Assembly (NCBI GenBank): GCA_951406725.2
Contig: OX597819.1
Coordinates: 28,582,001-28,646,000 of the forward strand
Length of the DNA stretch: 64,000 bases
Origin: Octopus vulgaris
Lineage: Eukaryota
Direction: 5' to 3'
This document shows positions 27,580 to 42,784 of the stretch, one piece after another. The notes below the pieces were generated by a model. It saw nothing but the letters and a program-made list of their open reading frames with translations. It searched no databases and was not told the origin of the DNA. The translations under genes were made by a program, and so were the position numbers. Position 1 is the first letter of the stretch; each line of letters starts with the position of its first letter.

Positions 27580-29942
27580 GTGTGTATGTAAATGATAGAT
27601 ATAAAGGAAAAGAGAAGCTGTAAGTTAGGAAATTGTTCCATTAACTGAGAGAGATAGAAAATAGATACAAAGCTGTTCATCAGCACAGACATTAAATGAT
27701 TAGCTACATCAAATATATTCTATATTCATACTCTCCCTATTTTATTATTTTTAACTCTTTTTCAGTTATTTGATTTAGGGATACATTAAAACCAGTGAAA
27801 AACCCCCAGTAAATCTCAATTTACCTCTGAAATGAACTATAGTTGTTACTGGAATACTGATTTTTTTTCTAAATAAAGCTATGTTAATGTAATATAATCG
27901 TTGATATTTACACACCTGTAGCTGAAATATTGGAAACAGCAGTTGATAAATGGTTTCAGTGAAAATGACTTTTCTCAAAATTCAATATTACGAATTTACT
28001 GTTAAAATAAGAACTTTGTAATAATATAACTTTTATTTGACTTTGTTGTCTAGTTTTGTTTTTGTTTAAGTAAAGTTGCAAAAAGAAAAAATAACCAAAG
28101 TAAAAAAAAAAATGGAAAAATTTCAATTGCTCCTAGAATCAGACACAGCGGGTAGCGCTATAAAATTCTTCAAAGTAAAGAAGAATAAATGGATGAATAA
28201 AAGATTGATATAAAATATCTAAAACATCAAAACAACACCAATGGCAGTAGTAGCAGCAACAATAGCAACAACATCGATAACAACAACAACAATAACAATT
28301 GTAATAAGATTTAGAACATTAACAAAAGGATTTTTAAAAATCTAATTGTTTTTTAACAAAACAAAAAATACTCAGACAGGTACACACTGTTGCACATATG
28401 CATGCACACACAAATGCATATATACTCACGTGCATATGTGTATAATTGCATATGCATGTGCACACACATGCACGCCTATAAAAATAGATACAGGAACAGA
28501 CACAAGTATGCACAAACATGAGCACTTACACACACACGCATACAAACACATTCATATAGAAACTCATACACAAATACATATACATGCCTTACACATATAC
28601 ATATGCATACATATACATACATATGCATGCATGTACATACCTATGCACACACATACTCACACACAAACACATTCATATAAAAACTCATACACAAATACAT
28701 ACACATGCCTTACACATATACATACATATACATACATATGCATGCATGTACATACATATGCACAAACACACACATACACACGCACACATGCACACATACA
28801 TGCACGTTTATTTAAGGTTTGATAAATGTTTTAAGGCAAGAGGTTTGGCAAAAACTTCGTTATATATTTTAATTATTTTTAGCATCTTTAGAAATGCTTA
28901 ATTTTGATTTGCTGCAATTCTGTGATGCAAGTTAAAAAGAAAGAGAAAAAAATATATATAAACTTTCCTTGATACGTATTCAATTTAATCAAGAATGGTT
29001 GCTTATTTTCTTTGTTTTATTGCAACAAGGATTTGTTAATTTGAATACAAATGGTAATTTTACTGTTATTTATGGAGATTAATTTTGTTTTTCTGTAAAT
29101 ATTTTTACATCCATTTTTCTTGTTTTACTGAGAATAAGATGATCAGACATTTGTATAAAATTCCAGGAGAGTTATTTTAAATCTGGGAAACTCTTTCTAA
29201 ACCTCGCCACAATTGATCAATCTTGAAATGAATATAGCAAGTACCTTTAGGATGAGAATGAATTTGAGTTGATGTTGTTGTTGTTAAGACCCTGATTTAG
29301 CTATAATCACTCACATTTGTCTTTCCTGTATTACATAGGGTGACATTATTTTATATCTTTTTTTTGCTGTATCATGGGGTAGTCATTTCCTCTACTACAA
29401 GGCACCTGTTTTTATCCCTCTGTCATACTCTAATTGCTCATCATCTGGTGCAAAACCACCTCCATCAATATTACTCATCCCTTTCTGAGTTCAAATTCCA
29501 CTAGAGGTGACCTTGCTTTTCATCCTTTTGGGGTCGATAGAACAAGTATCAACTGAACACTATCATTGAATGATATGGAATAACCTGGGATTATTAAAGG
29601 TAAACAATGTATTTCAACCGATGGGTAAATCCTGTGTTTGCTTCATTGGACTATAAACAGTTTACTGAGTTCAAATCCAAGACATTTCGAACAAATAAGG
29701 AGAAGTATATCATCTACACAGGTTTTATTACAGTTTTTTTTTTATACAGTGTATTCTCTTAAACCTCTGTCCAACATATTTTTCTGCTGCAGGGAAATCT
29801 TGCTATATAGTGTTTATAATAAACACTACATGACAAGATATGCAAGCAGCAGAAACATATATTGGACAAACATTTGAGAGAATACACTGCATGAAGGATT
29901 GTAATAAAAATTATGTAGATGTATTTGTCTTGTGTGTATGTG

Positions 29943-29993
<51 letters not shown>

Positions 29994-29999
29994 ATAATT

Positions 30000-30455
30000 A
30001 TAACAATAAGGGTTTTGCAACAAGTTGCTTGACCACATACCGAAAATTTTAGAAATAGCAGCCAAAGGACTACTATTTCCTTTTTCTACAAAAATATGTC
30101 TCCACAGACAACAATATTTGTAACTCACATATGGCAAAAAAAAAAAAGAAAAAAATAATGAAATCTAACAATCTTCGGTTAATTATGGACGTTCGTTTCT
30201 GGATTAGAATCATAAGATTCATTTCCTTTATCGACATAATATTCCGATTAATAAATCTAGAAATGCTTGTAAAACTTGCCTCTTATATTTCCGACCAAGC
30301 GTCATCAGAACATATAAAAGCTAATCAGCATATCCACATTTATATAGACAAGTGAATTCGTATTTCTCTCCGAAATTTTTTCTACCACATGAGTCACAAA
30401 ATAGTACTGCCGAAAAAAGATTTGTAGTTTTGCCGTAGGGGACTCTATAGCTGTA
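30000..30455 (-). mobile_element. (TA)n-embedded interspersed repeat; second partial copy at ~36800-36990 in opposite orientation
   Basis: GCAACAAGTTGCTT..CACATACCGAAAAT..TAGAAATAGCAG..TTTGTAACTCA shared by both copies; both carry GAAAC-N4-GTC. Confidence 0.6.
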
Positions 30456-30838
30456 ATGTATATATATATAATCTTTTAGAAAATCTCTGTTTGAGATAGA
30501 AGCAGTATATGAACCAAAAAGTATCGCTTATGGCCACTTTAATGCAGCTGTCCTCTAAGAGTTGATGATACTGAATAAACCAGCTGGAGGAGATGAATTC
30601 CTGGGGTTAAATGCTGGTATCATCATCTCTTACAGGACAACCACATTAAAGTGACCATAAGCAATACTATATATATATATATATATATAGCAATAATAAT
30701 TCTCTAAACGAGATATAGACAGTAACTGCTCCATAACATAAGGGACGTTAGCCATCCGAATGTGGCTAGGGACAGGGCAGGGCGGTGGGGGTGTTACTGA
30801 TGCATTTAGCCCCAGGAGATCATCAACGTCACCAGGAG

Positions 30839-30906
30839 GGCTGACGCCATCACGGCGTCCTCTAGCCTCCCTTTGCAGGCTAGAGGACGCCGTGATGGCG
30901 TCAGCC
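30839..30906. repeat. Perfect 30-bp GC-rich hairpin, 8-nt loop
   Basis: GGCTGACGCCATCACGGCGTCCTCTAGCCT-ccctttgc-AGGCTAGAGGACGCCGTGATGGCGTCAGCC. Confidence 0.95.
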
Positions 30907-30910
30907 TCGT

Positions 30911-32185
<1,275 letters not shown>

Positions 32186-32186
32186 A

Positions 32187-32229
32187 CATTTCTGATGAAA
32201 TTACAGGAGTAGTTGAAAGTGCTAATATG
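32187..32229 (+). ncRNA. Minimal type I hammerhead motif in a short (TA)n-flanked insert
   Basis: cattt-CTGATGA-aattac-agga-gtagtt-GAAA-gtgc-TA-atatg; 6-bp stem II, stem I with one mismatch. Confidence 0.55.
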
Positions 32230-33471
32230 AAGAAATAATATATGATATGTAAATAAATATATATTTTTACAACCATCCAGCATTCTGAACACCTTTTTTC
32301 TTTCATATATATATATATATGTATATACATCCATATAAAAAGAGATCATGCATTCTCTCTTCTCTCTTTCCCCTCTTACTCTTTCTCTCTCTCACTATGC
32401 TGGGAATAGTACTGAACATTTTGGGTTTTTTTTACTTGCACTTGAGATCATGGTACACCCAGATTCTTGAGCCTGTGACCCATATTGACACTGGATATCT
32501 TGCCCTAGATTGTTTCTGGATCATGTTAGTTGTGTGGAGAGGGTATTTTTGAGGTGCTGTACAAGCCTTATTAAACCCAAAATTTTAGGCTGTGCAATTG
32601 CTGGCAAGGTGACTATCTGATGCCTGGGCATGTGGGAAGGTGTCACAGTATGCATGGAAGCTATGGACATGAACGTGGGTGAAGCTGACTGCTGGTGTAA
32701 TAACCTCATTCATGGGCACTGTTTGCATTTTGCATGGGCAATGGCCTTCCTTGGCCATAGATGGACAGTGATGGTCTTCTTTGGTCATAAGTGTATGTAT
32801 GTATATACAATGTTCAAGTGTATGTGTGTTTGCTTCTCCAATTTTTAAATGAATATCAGTCATACAAGCAGTGTCTTTCCTTTCCAGTATTCTGTCTGAC
32901 TTTGGTGAAATATTGCCTTACCCAGGGCATCCAGCCTTAGTAAATTTACCTTGATAAACACTGTCCTACCTATGTGAACATGGAAAAAAAAAGGATGTTA
33001 AAATCACAAAGACAATGATGATGTTGACGATGATATGGGGATTTCTTTAACAAAAATATATCAGCAAACAATGTAAAAACATTGATGAGGAAACAGAGAA
33101 AATCTATATTATTCCAATATTTATTCTGTACCAAATTGCCAAAAACTTCCCCTTCACTGTTCTGCCATCATAAATGCAGTGAATCTATGATTGGCCCATT
33201 GGAAACCTGCAACCAACAGCATTGTTGTTCACCAATTATGATATAAAATTAATAAAAAGATACGTAGGTATAAGAAGAACATAATGGTAAACACTTTAAA
33301 TATAACCTTCTCACATAAATGAAGTTACGGCTGGACTAAAATTAATTTCCTACAATGTAGAATCAGTATTCTTTTCTCTCCAACATCATTCTTACTTTGA
33401 CATGGTGAATAAATATTCTTTTGGTTTTGTCTAATTCTTTTTCTCTTTTACTTCATTTTAATTTATTATTA

Positions 33472-33533
<62 letters not shown>

Positions 33534-33769
33534 TATTTATTATTATTTTTTTTGCTTTTTTTTGCTTTTGCTTGAAATACGTTTTGATTTTTGTTTTTAT
33601 CTGAACAGTAAGCAGAATATTCGTTTAGATTTCAAAAATATCTGAGTGTAAATGATGTCAAGATATATTAAATATGTTACAACTTGAAATTAATAAAATA
33701 AAATATTATCCCTCATTCTCGCTCTTCTCTTTTTGTATACACACACACACATACAGACAAATCTAAATA

Positions 33770-34981
<1,212 letters not shown>

Positions 34982-35220
34982 TATCTATCACTTACTTTTC
35001 CTTTCGCTTTCTTTCTTTCTCTCTCTTTCTCTCTTTCTCTTATTTGTCTCTCTTTTACTTTCCTATGTTCAATGTATTTATTTGTAATCTATTTCTTAAT
35101 TCCCCTTCTCTCCTCTCTCATATCTATGTCTTTATTCTCTTTATTCCTCTCCTCCTTTTTATTATCTATCTGTCTATCTATCCATCTGTTCAGCCCTCTG
35201 TCCATCCATCCATCCATCCG

Positions 35221-35333
<113 letters not shown>

Positions 35334-35755
35334 GTTTGTCTACCTGTCTGTCTCTGCATTCTTTTTCTTCATCTGCTTCTCTAATGTAATCATATAAAAC
35401 TCTGTGTATTGTCTTACACTCTTTCTCTCTCTCTCTCCCACACTTTCCTCCCTCTCTTCCTCTCTCTCTCTCTCTCTCTGTATATCTCTGTCTCGTTCTT
35501 CCTGAAATTACATTTAAAAGAGACTTATTTTAAAGGGAAAAAGATAGACGTTTCTCGTGTTAAAATTGACAGGCTGACAGCTAGACAAAAATCAGTTATT
35601 TCAGCTGCAGAATCTCTATTTACCAATATTTGGAGAATATTTTTATAAATATAGTTATATTTATGGCAGAAGATACCTAACTAACATATAACAGGATAGA
35701 AAAAATATAGACTTATATTTCAGGATATTTGAAAAACATGAACAGAAAATATATG

Positions 35756-35847
<92 letters not shown>

Positions 35848-35854
35848 CACACAA

Positions 35855-35886
<32 letters not shown>

Positions 35887-36584
35887 ACATATACACACAA
35901 ACACACACACATATATATTCTTGCCTGAAAATTTAATTGTGGAAGATAATGTCTAATAATTTTTTTATCCTAATTTAAGAATTGAGCTTCTGATATAAAG
36001 TTGCTGAAGCTGAGAGAAGATAATGACTGCATGGGATATTGACAAGTTAAAGTATCCCAAATATATAACTGGTACCTATTTTGGGGGGTTTATTGGTGGG
36101 GAGGATAAATGAAATTAAGTAATGTTCATTCCTTTTCTTCTGATGTTATCAATATAAGTAAAGTGAGGAAATTATATATAAAGAAACTAAAATCTTCTTG
36201 TAGAACCACTAAAAGCTAACCATTATCAAAAACAGCAGCAGCAGTAGAGGCAATAATAACAACAGCAACAACAAATTCGTTATTAATTTTCAATGAAATC
36301 AACAAATAGCAGACTGAGTCTCGGATAAGAAATATTTGTGAGAAGATTGAAGAAAGAACTGCAGGAACTATTATAAATTTAAAAACTAAATTGGAAATGG
36401 TATTAAGAGATAGGCACAGGTGTGGCTGTGTAGTAAGAATTTTGTTGCCTACCCACATGGTTTTGGGTTCAGTCCTGCAGTGTGGCACCTTGGGTTTAGT
36501 GACATCTACTTTAGCTGCAGGTTGAACAAAGCCTTGTGAGTGGATTAGATAATGGAAACTGAATTTACTTTCATAGTGTGTGCC

Positions 36585-36635
<51 letters not shown>

Positions 36636-36988
36636 ATATCTACCTATGTATGTATGTATGTATGTATAACTATTTAGGAATCTGTTTTTCATTTTGTACA
36701 TGTTTTTTTTGATGTCCTATACCCATATATGCATGTATAATACTATACACTTGTATTAATATACATACATATACATGTGTGTGTGTGTGTGTGTCTATGG
36801 TTAGAAACGGTCGTCCATAATTAATCCAGTAGACTGTGTGGTTTCGTTGTTTTCCTTCTTCTTTTACCATATATGAGTTACAAATACTGTTGTTTGTGGA
36901 GACTTATTTTTGTAGTAATAGAAATGACTGCTATTTCTAATATTTTCGGTATGTGGTTTAAGCAACTTGTTGCAAAAAACCCTTAATA

Positions 36989-37032
<44 letters not shown>

Positions 37033-37039
37033 CATATAC

Positions 37040-37315
37040 ACTGACTGGTCCCGTGCTGGTGGCACGTAAAAAGCACCATTCGAGTGTGGTTATTGCCAGT
37101 GCCACCTGACTGTCTACTGTGCTGGTGGCACATAAAAAGCACCCACTGCACTCTTGGAGTGGTTGACGTTAGGAAGGGAATCCAGCTGGAAAAACTTTGC
37201 CAGATCAGATTGGAGCCTGGTGCAGCATTCTGGCTTGCCAACCCTCAGTCAAACCGTCCAACCCATGTGCGCATGGAAAGCGGACATTAAACGACAATGA
37301 CGACGATGATGATGA
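37040..37315 (+). mobile_element. SINE family D
   Basis: Core and (GAT)n tail. Confidence 0.8.
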
Positions 37316-37924
37316 TATATATATGTATGTGTATGCATATTAATATGTTTGTACCTGTGTGTGTTACTGGTCTTCTCTCCTTGACAATATGTGATAGTTG
37401 TAAGTAATGTTCTTCATTTCCAATCTTCCTGAGGCATGTCTGGTCATGGAGAAATATTATGTTATTTGGAAACTGGTGGGTGTTGGTGACAGAATGGGCA
37501 TCTGACCTCAGAAAATCTGCCTTACCAAATACTGTCCAACACCATGTGAGCATGGAAAAGTAGATGCTAAAAGATGATGATAGTGATAATAAAGGCTTAT
37601 ATGTGGCTAGTACTCTACAAGAGTATAAGACTGAGCAAAACAGAAATGAATAAAAACAACTAAAATAAAATAAAATTAAATAAAAATACATAAAAAAACA
37701 TAGTACTGGTTGAGAAGTACAGGATCCAAGGTTGAAATCACAAGTGTTAGATCACAAAACAACAGAATAAAAAAAACCATTGTTTTCCAGCCAGAAACTA
37801 CCAGAAGAATAACAGAGAGCAGCATAAAAGTTAAATGCAAAATATATGGAGGGTGCAAAGAAATAACCAGCCTTATTGTTTTGGTTTGGCAAGTCTAAAT
37901 GAAATATATATATATATATGAGTG

Positions 37925-37959
<35 letters not shown>

Positions 37960-37964
37960 ATGAG

Positions 37965-37998
<34 letters not shown>

Positions 37999-38397
37999 AG
38001 TGTATATATACATATGTGTGAATGTATATATGCATATATATGTGTGTGTATATATATCATGTGATCACATGACTGACCAGGCTATCAAATGTTGTTACAC
38101 TGTTGTTACAAATTGCTGGTCACAATGCATTTTGCATTGTTTTAGCCTTCAAAATAACGCCATCCTGCTGGCTAGATGGGCAGGTCGACATTCCCCACTG
38201 ATTGAAAGGGGGACTGGAGCAATGTGAAATGAAGTGTTTTGCTCAAGAACACAATGTTCTACCAAGTAAGGGAATCAAGAATGCAACAGCCTAACCACAT
38301 ACATACATGTATGCATAAATGTATATATATATATATATATATACATTCATACAGACATGTGTGTATGCATGTACGTCTGTATGTATGGATGTATGTA

Positions 38398-38443
<46 letters not shown>

Positions 38444-38554
38444 TGCACACACACACACACACATGTTTGTATATACATATATACATACATCATGCATATA
38501 TATATATATATATATATATACATATGTATATATGAATAGATATATGTTTATATA

Positions 38555-38594
<40 letters not shown>

Positions 38595-38712
38595 AATCAA
38601 GGAACGGCCATAATAGGCCATTCACCCACTAGAAATAACAGCCAAAAGCTTTAACCGCAAAATAACATTAATTCCGTAAACCAGGAGAAAATTGAAAAAC
38701 ATTTACCCTGTA

Positions 38713-38819
38713 ATTTCTTAGACGATGCACCGTTTCATCTACCGTTTAATGGTAAACTAACCTGATTAAATTAAATCAAGCCAATCCACCATAGGCCCTT
38801 AGACTCATCAGTAAGAAAT
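38713..38819 (-). ncRNA. Type I hammerhead ribozyme, unit 1
   Basis: ATTTCTTA-CTGATGA-GTCTA..TAGAT-GAAA-CGGTGCATCG-TC-TAAGAAAT on the minus strand. Confidence 0.88.
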
Positions 38820-39203
38820 AGCCAAGTCGGAACAGATATTTTTCACGAGGCATTCCTCTTGCTACCTCGGCAATATCTGACCTAAAATTTTCAAATCGTC
38901 GCACTCGCGCCAAATTTATCAGCAGCAAATAAATATAAGCCACCAATTCCATTACGGAACTAACCAGAAAATTCATAATTAATCAATATAGGGTGGCAAA
39001 AAAAATTTTGTAGAATTCTTTTGCCACCAGCGGCCTAGTGGGAAAAAATTAAATAGTCATAAACCATTTTTAAGTCCAACATCACAATCAAGGAACGGCC
39101 ATAATAGGCCATTCACCCACTAGAAATAACAGCCAAAAGCTTTAACCGCAAAATAACATTAATTCCGTAAACCAGGAGAAAATTGAAAAACATTTACCCT
39201 GTA

Positions 39204-39310
39204 ATTTCTTAGACGATGCACCGTTTCATCTACCGTTTAATGGTAAACTAACCTGATTAAATTAAATCAAGCCAATCCACCATAGGCCCTTAGACTCATC
39301 AGTAAGAAAT
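39204..39310 (-). ncRNA. Type I hammerhead ribozyme, unit 2
   Basis: Same sequence as unit 1. Confidence 0.88.
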
Positions 39311-39694
39311 AGCCAAGTCGGAACAGATATTTTTCACGAGGCATTCCTCTTGCTACCTCGGCAATATCTGACCTAAAATTTTCAAATCGTCGCACTCGCG
39401 CCAAATTTATCGGCAGCAAATAAATATAAGCCACCAATTCCATTACGGAACTAACCAGAAAATTCATAATTAATCAATATAGGGTGGCAAAAAAAATTTT
39501 GTAGAATTCTTTTGCCACCAGCGGCCTAGTGGGAAAAAATTAAATAGTCATAAACCATTTTTAAGTCCAACATCACAATCAAGGAACGGCCATAATAGGC
39601 CATTCACCCACTAGAAATAACAGCCAAAAGCTTTAACCGCAAAATAACATTAATTCCGTAAACCAGGAGAAAATTGAAAAACATTTACCCTGTA

Positions 39695-39801
39695 ATTTCT
39701 TAGACGATGCACCGTTTCATCTACCGTTTAATGGTAAACTAACCTGATTAAATTAAATCAAGCCAATCCACCATAGGCCCTTAGACTCATCAGTAAGAAA
39801 T
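39695..39801 (-). ncRNA. Type I hammerhead ribozyme, unit 3
   Basis: Same sequence as unit 1. Confidence 0.88.
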
Positions 39802-40186
39802 AGCCAAGTCGGAACAGATATTTTTCACGAGGCATTCCTCTTGCTACCTCGGCAATATCTGACCTAAAATTTTCAAATCGTCGCACTCGCGCCAAATTTA
39901 TCGGCAGCAAATAAATATAAGCCACCAATTCCATTACGGAACTAACCAGAAAATTCATAATTAATCAATATAGGGTGGCAAAAAAAATTTTGTAGAATTC
40001 TTTTGCCACCAGCGGCCTAGTGGGAAAAAAATTAAATAGTCATAAACCATTTTTAAGTCCAACATCACAATCAAGGAACGGCCATAATAGGCCATTCACC
40101 CACTAGAAATAACAGCCAAAAGCTTTAACCGCAAAATAACATTAATTCCGTAAACCAGGAGAAAATTGAAAAACATTTACCCTGTA

Positions 40187-40293
40187 ATTTCTTAGACGAT
40201 GCACCGTTTCATCTACCGTTTAATGGTAAACTAACCTGATTAAATTAAATCAAGCCAATCCACCATAGGCCCTTAGACTCATCAGTAAGAAAT
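40187..40293 (-). ncRNA. Type I hammerhead ribozyme, unit 4
   Basis: Same sequence as unit 1. Confidence 0.88.
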
Positions 40294-40531
40294 AGCCAAG
40301 TCGGAACAGATATTTTTCACGAGGCATTCCTCTTGCTACCTCGGCAATATCTGACCTAAAATTTTCAAATCGTCATGAATTTTCTGGTTAGTTCCGTAAT
40401 GGAATTGGTGGCTTATATTTATTTGCTGCCGATAAATTTGGCGCGAGTGCGACGATTTGAAAATTTTAGGTCAGATATTGCCGAGGTAGCAAGAGGAATG
40501 CCTCGTGAAAAATATCTGTTCCGACTTGGCT

Positions 40532-40638
40532 ATTTCTTACTGATGAGTCTAAGGGCCTATGGTGGATTGGCTTGATTTAATTTAATCAGGTTAGTTTACC
40601 ATTAAACGGTAGATGAAACGGTGCATCGTCTAAGAAAT
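40532..40638 (+). ncRNA. Type I hammerhead ribozyme, inverted unit
   Basis: Stem I 40532-40539/40631-40638, CTGATGA 40540-40546, GAAA 40615-40618, GTC 40628-40630. Confidence 0.88.
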
Positions 40639-40866
40639 TACAGGGTAAATGTTTTTCAATTTTCTCCTGGTTTACGGAATTAATGTTATTTTGCGGTTAA
40701 AGCTTTTGGCTGTTATTTCTAGTGGGTGAATGGCCTATTATGGCCGTTCCTTGATTGTGATGTTGGACTTAAAAATGGTTTATGACTATTTAATTTTTTC
40801 CCACTAGGCCGCTGGTGGCAAAAGAATTCTACAAAATTTTTTTTGCCACCCTATATTGATTAATTA

Positions 40867-40938
<72 letters not shown>

Positions 40939-41442
40939 AATATAAGAGAGTTAATGATAAGTGGCTAACTCTAGTGCTAGAAATAGCTCCTTATTCTGGT
41001 ATAGCCACCGAAGGTTTTTTCCACAGCAGAAATAGCATTACCCTCAACGTATATATATGTATATATATATATATAGATCTATCTATCTATATATCATTAT
41101 AAATAGACAGTTTATTTGAGGCAGATTTTTCCATAGTTGAATGCTCTTCCTGTTGCCAACCTTCACCATTTTCTGAGTAAGCTGATATTTCCAATAGCTA
41201 GACATGTTCTTGCAGAATATTCGAAATGAATGACACTGTTTGAACAACAATAACATTCATTTGCAACTATCTCATTTCTGCATTATATATGGGTGGATAT
41301 GGATTATAGAGCAGCATCAGAAGAGACATAGAAAAAGTAATGTCACAATACCATAACGTATTCTCAAGGTAACAGATCCAAGAAGGTAGTGTAAAAAAAA
41401 AACCTCCTGTGTTTCTATAATTTTACTAGAATTTCTACCTAC

Positions 41443-41810
41443 ATCATCATCATCATCATTTAACGTCCACTTTCCATGCTAGCATGGGTTGGACGATTTG
41501 ACTGAGGTCTGGCGAACCAGACTCCAATCTGATCTGGCAGAGTTTCTACAGCTGGAAGCCCTTCCTAACACCAACCACTCTGAGAGTATAGTGGGTGCTT
41601 TTACGTGCCACCAGCATGAGGGCCATTTCGCTGGTATTGGCAACGGCCATGTCAAATGTTTCATGTGCCACCAGCGCAAGTGCTAGTAAGGTGACGTGGC
41701 ATCGATCACGCTCGAATGGTGTGCTTAACGTGCCATCGGCACAAAGGCCACCTTGTTGCTCTGGCAACAATCTCACTCATATGGTACTCTTAGCGCTCCA
41801 CTAGCAACTG
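41443..41810 (-). mobile_element. SINE family D with internal GTGCCA..GCAC subrepeats
   Basis: Core and tail on the minus strand. Confidence 0.8.
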
Positions 41811-42784
41811 AGTTTGATTTCAACTTACATTTTTTCTATATACTGAGCCTGGCAATTTCCCTAATGGAAGCAAAGACCTGTCTATTTTCCTAATTGTTAC
41901 TAATCTTCTACTTGCTATGTTAAATTTGAGGCCTTTTGATTCCATGTTTTGCTTCCATGTCTGGAATTTCTTCACTAATCCTGCTACAGACTCAAAAATA
42001 AGAATGTATACAAGATTGGAGAGAGAGAGGACTTGTTAGCTTCTCTGATTATGTGAATGAAATACAATGGTCAGTAAGCCACTTTCTTGAAAAGAATGAA
42101 GGACTAAGAATTACTTTCACGGAACTTGAAGAGAAAAATGCATACAGAAGCAGGAGGACAATTTGCTTACGAGAAGAATCACTTGAAAACATGAAGTTAC
42201 ATGACAGTTTCACAGTGACACCAGGACACCAGACTCATCATGAGAGTGGCTCTGAAGTGGAGATTTAAAGAGAGAACCTGAGTTTGTTGGTGGCTGCTTA
42301 AGATCAAGCTCTAAACACTTGTTCAATGAATAAGGGTATTCAATCACTTCTATGAACCAATGCAGCCTATATAACCAATGAGTGAACAATATCTTGAGCA
42401 TATTGTTGCAAGCTGCAAAATTTTATTGCAAAAAGAACATCAATGATGTAATAAGGTTTGTTTTAATTTACACTGGTCTCTTTTGTGAAGACATGGACAC
42501 AAGTGGTATAATCATCTTCAGATAAGTGGTATAATAATCTATTTGAAAAGTCTCAAATTCAACCTGCTAAACTAAAACCTCTATGTGATTTTGGCATCTA
42601 GATAGAAAGGATAACTGAACAAAAAATACCAGATACATGATTCCCACTCTCACAGAATGTCTCATAATACGAATTGCAACCAGGGTCCATATGACCCTTG
42701 GGGGTCCTTATGATCCTTGGGGATCCTTATAGCCCTTGAGGTCTCATATAAAATTTTGCTGCTAAAATTGATTATTAAAGGTTA

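Larger units (their letters stand above)
38590..40871 (-). mobile_element. Retrozyme-like / non-autonomous Penelope-like array: 491-bp units at 38590, 39081, 39572 and 40064 (truncated at 40374), plus one inverted unit at 40375-40865
   Basis: Units differ by only one substitution and one A-run indel that I could see; (TA)n on both flanks; one hammerhead per unit. Confidence 0.85.

Noticed and set aside
30188-30308. Complete hammerhead on the minus strand
   Set aside because: CTGATGA and GAAAC..GTC are present, but I could not form convincing stems I and II; kept only as a half-core
38590-40374. CRISPR array, rDNA/5S or snRNA tandem
   Set aside because: No unique spacers and no recognisable rRNA or snRNA sequence; units are identical over their whole length
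42053-42268. 71-aa ORF in unique sequence
   Set aside because: GTG start, no domain and no clear splice signals
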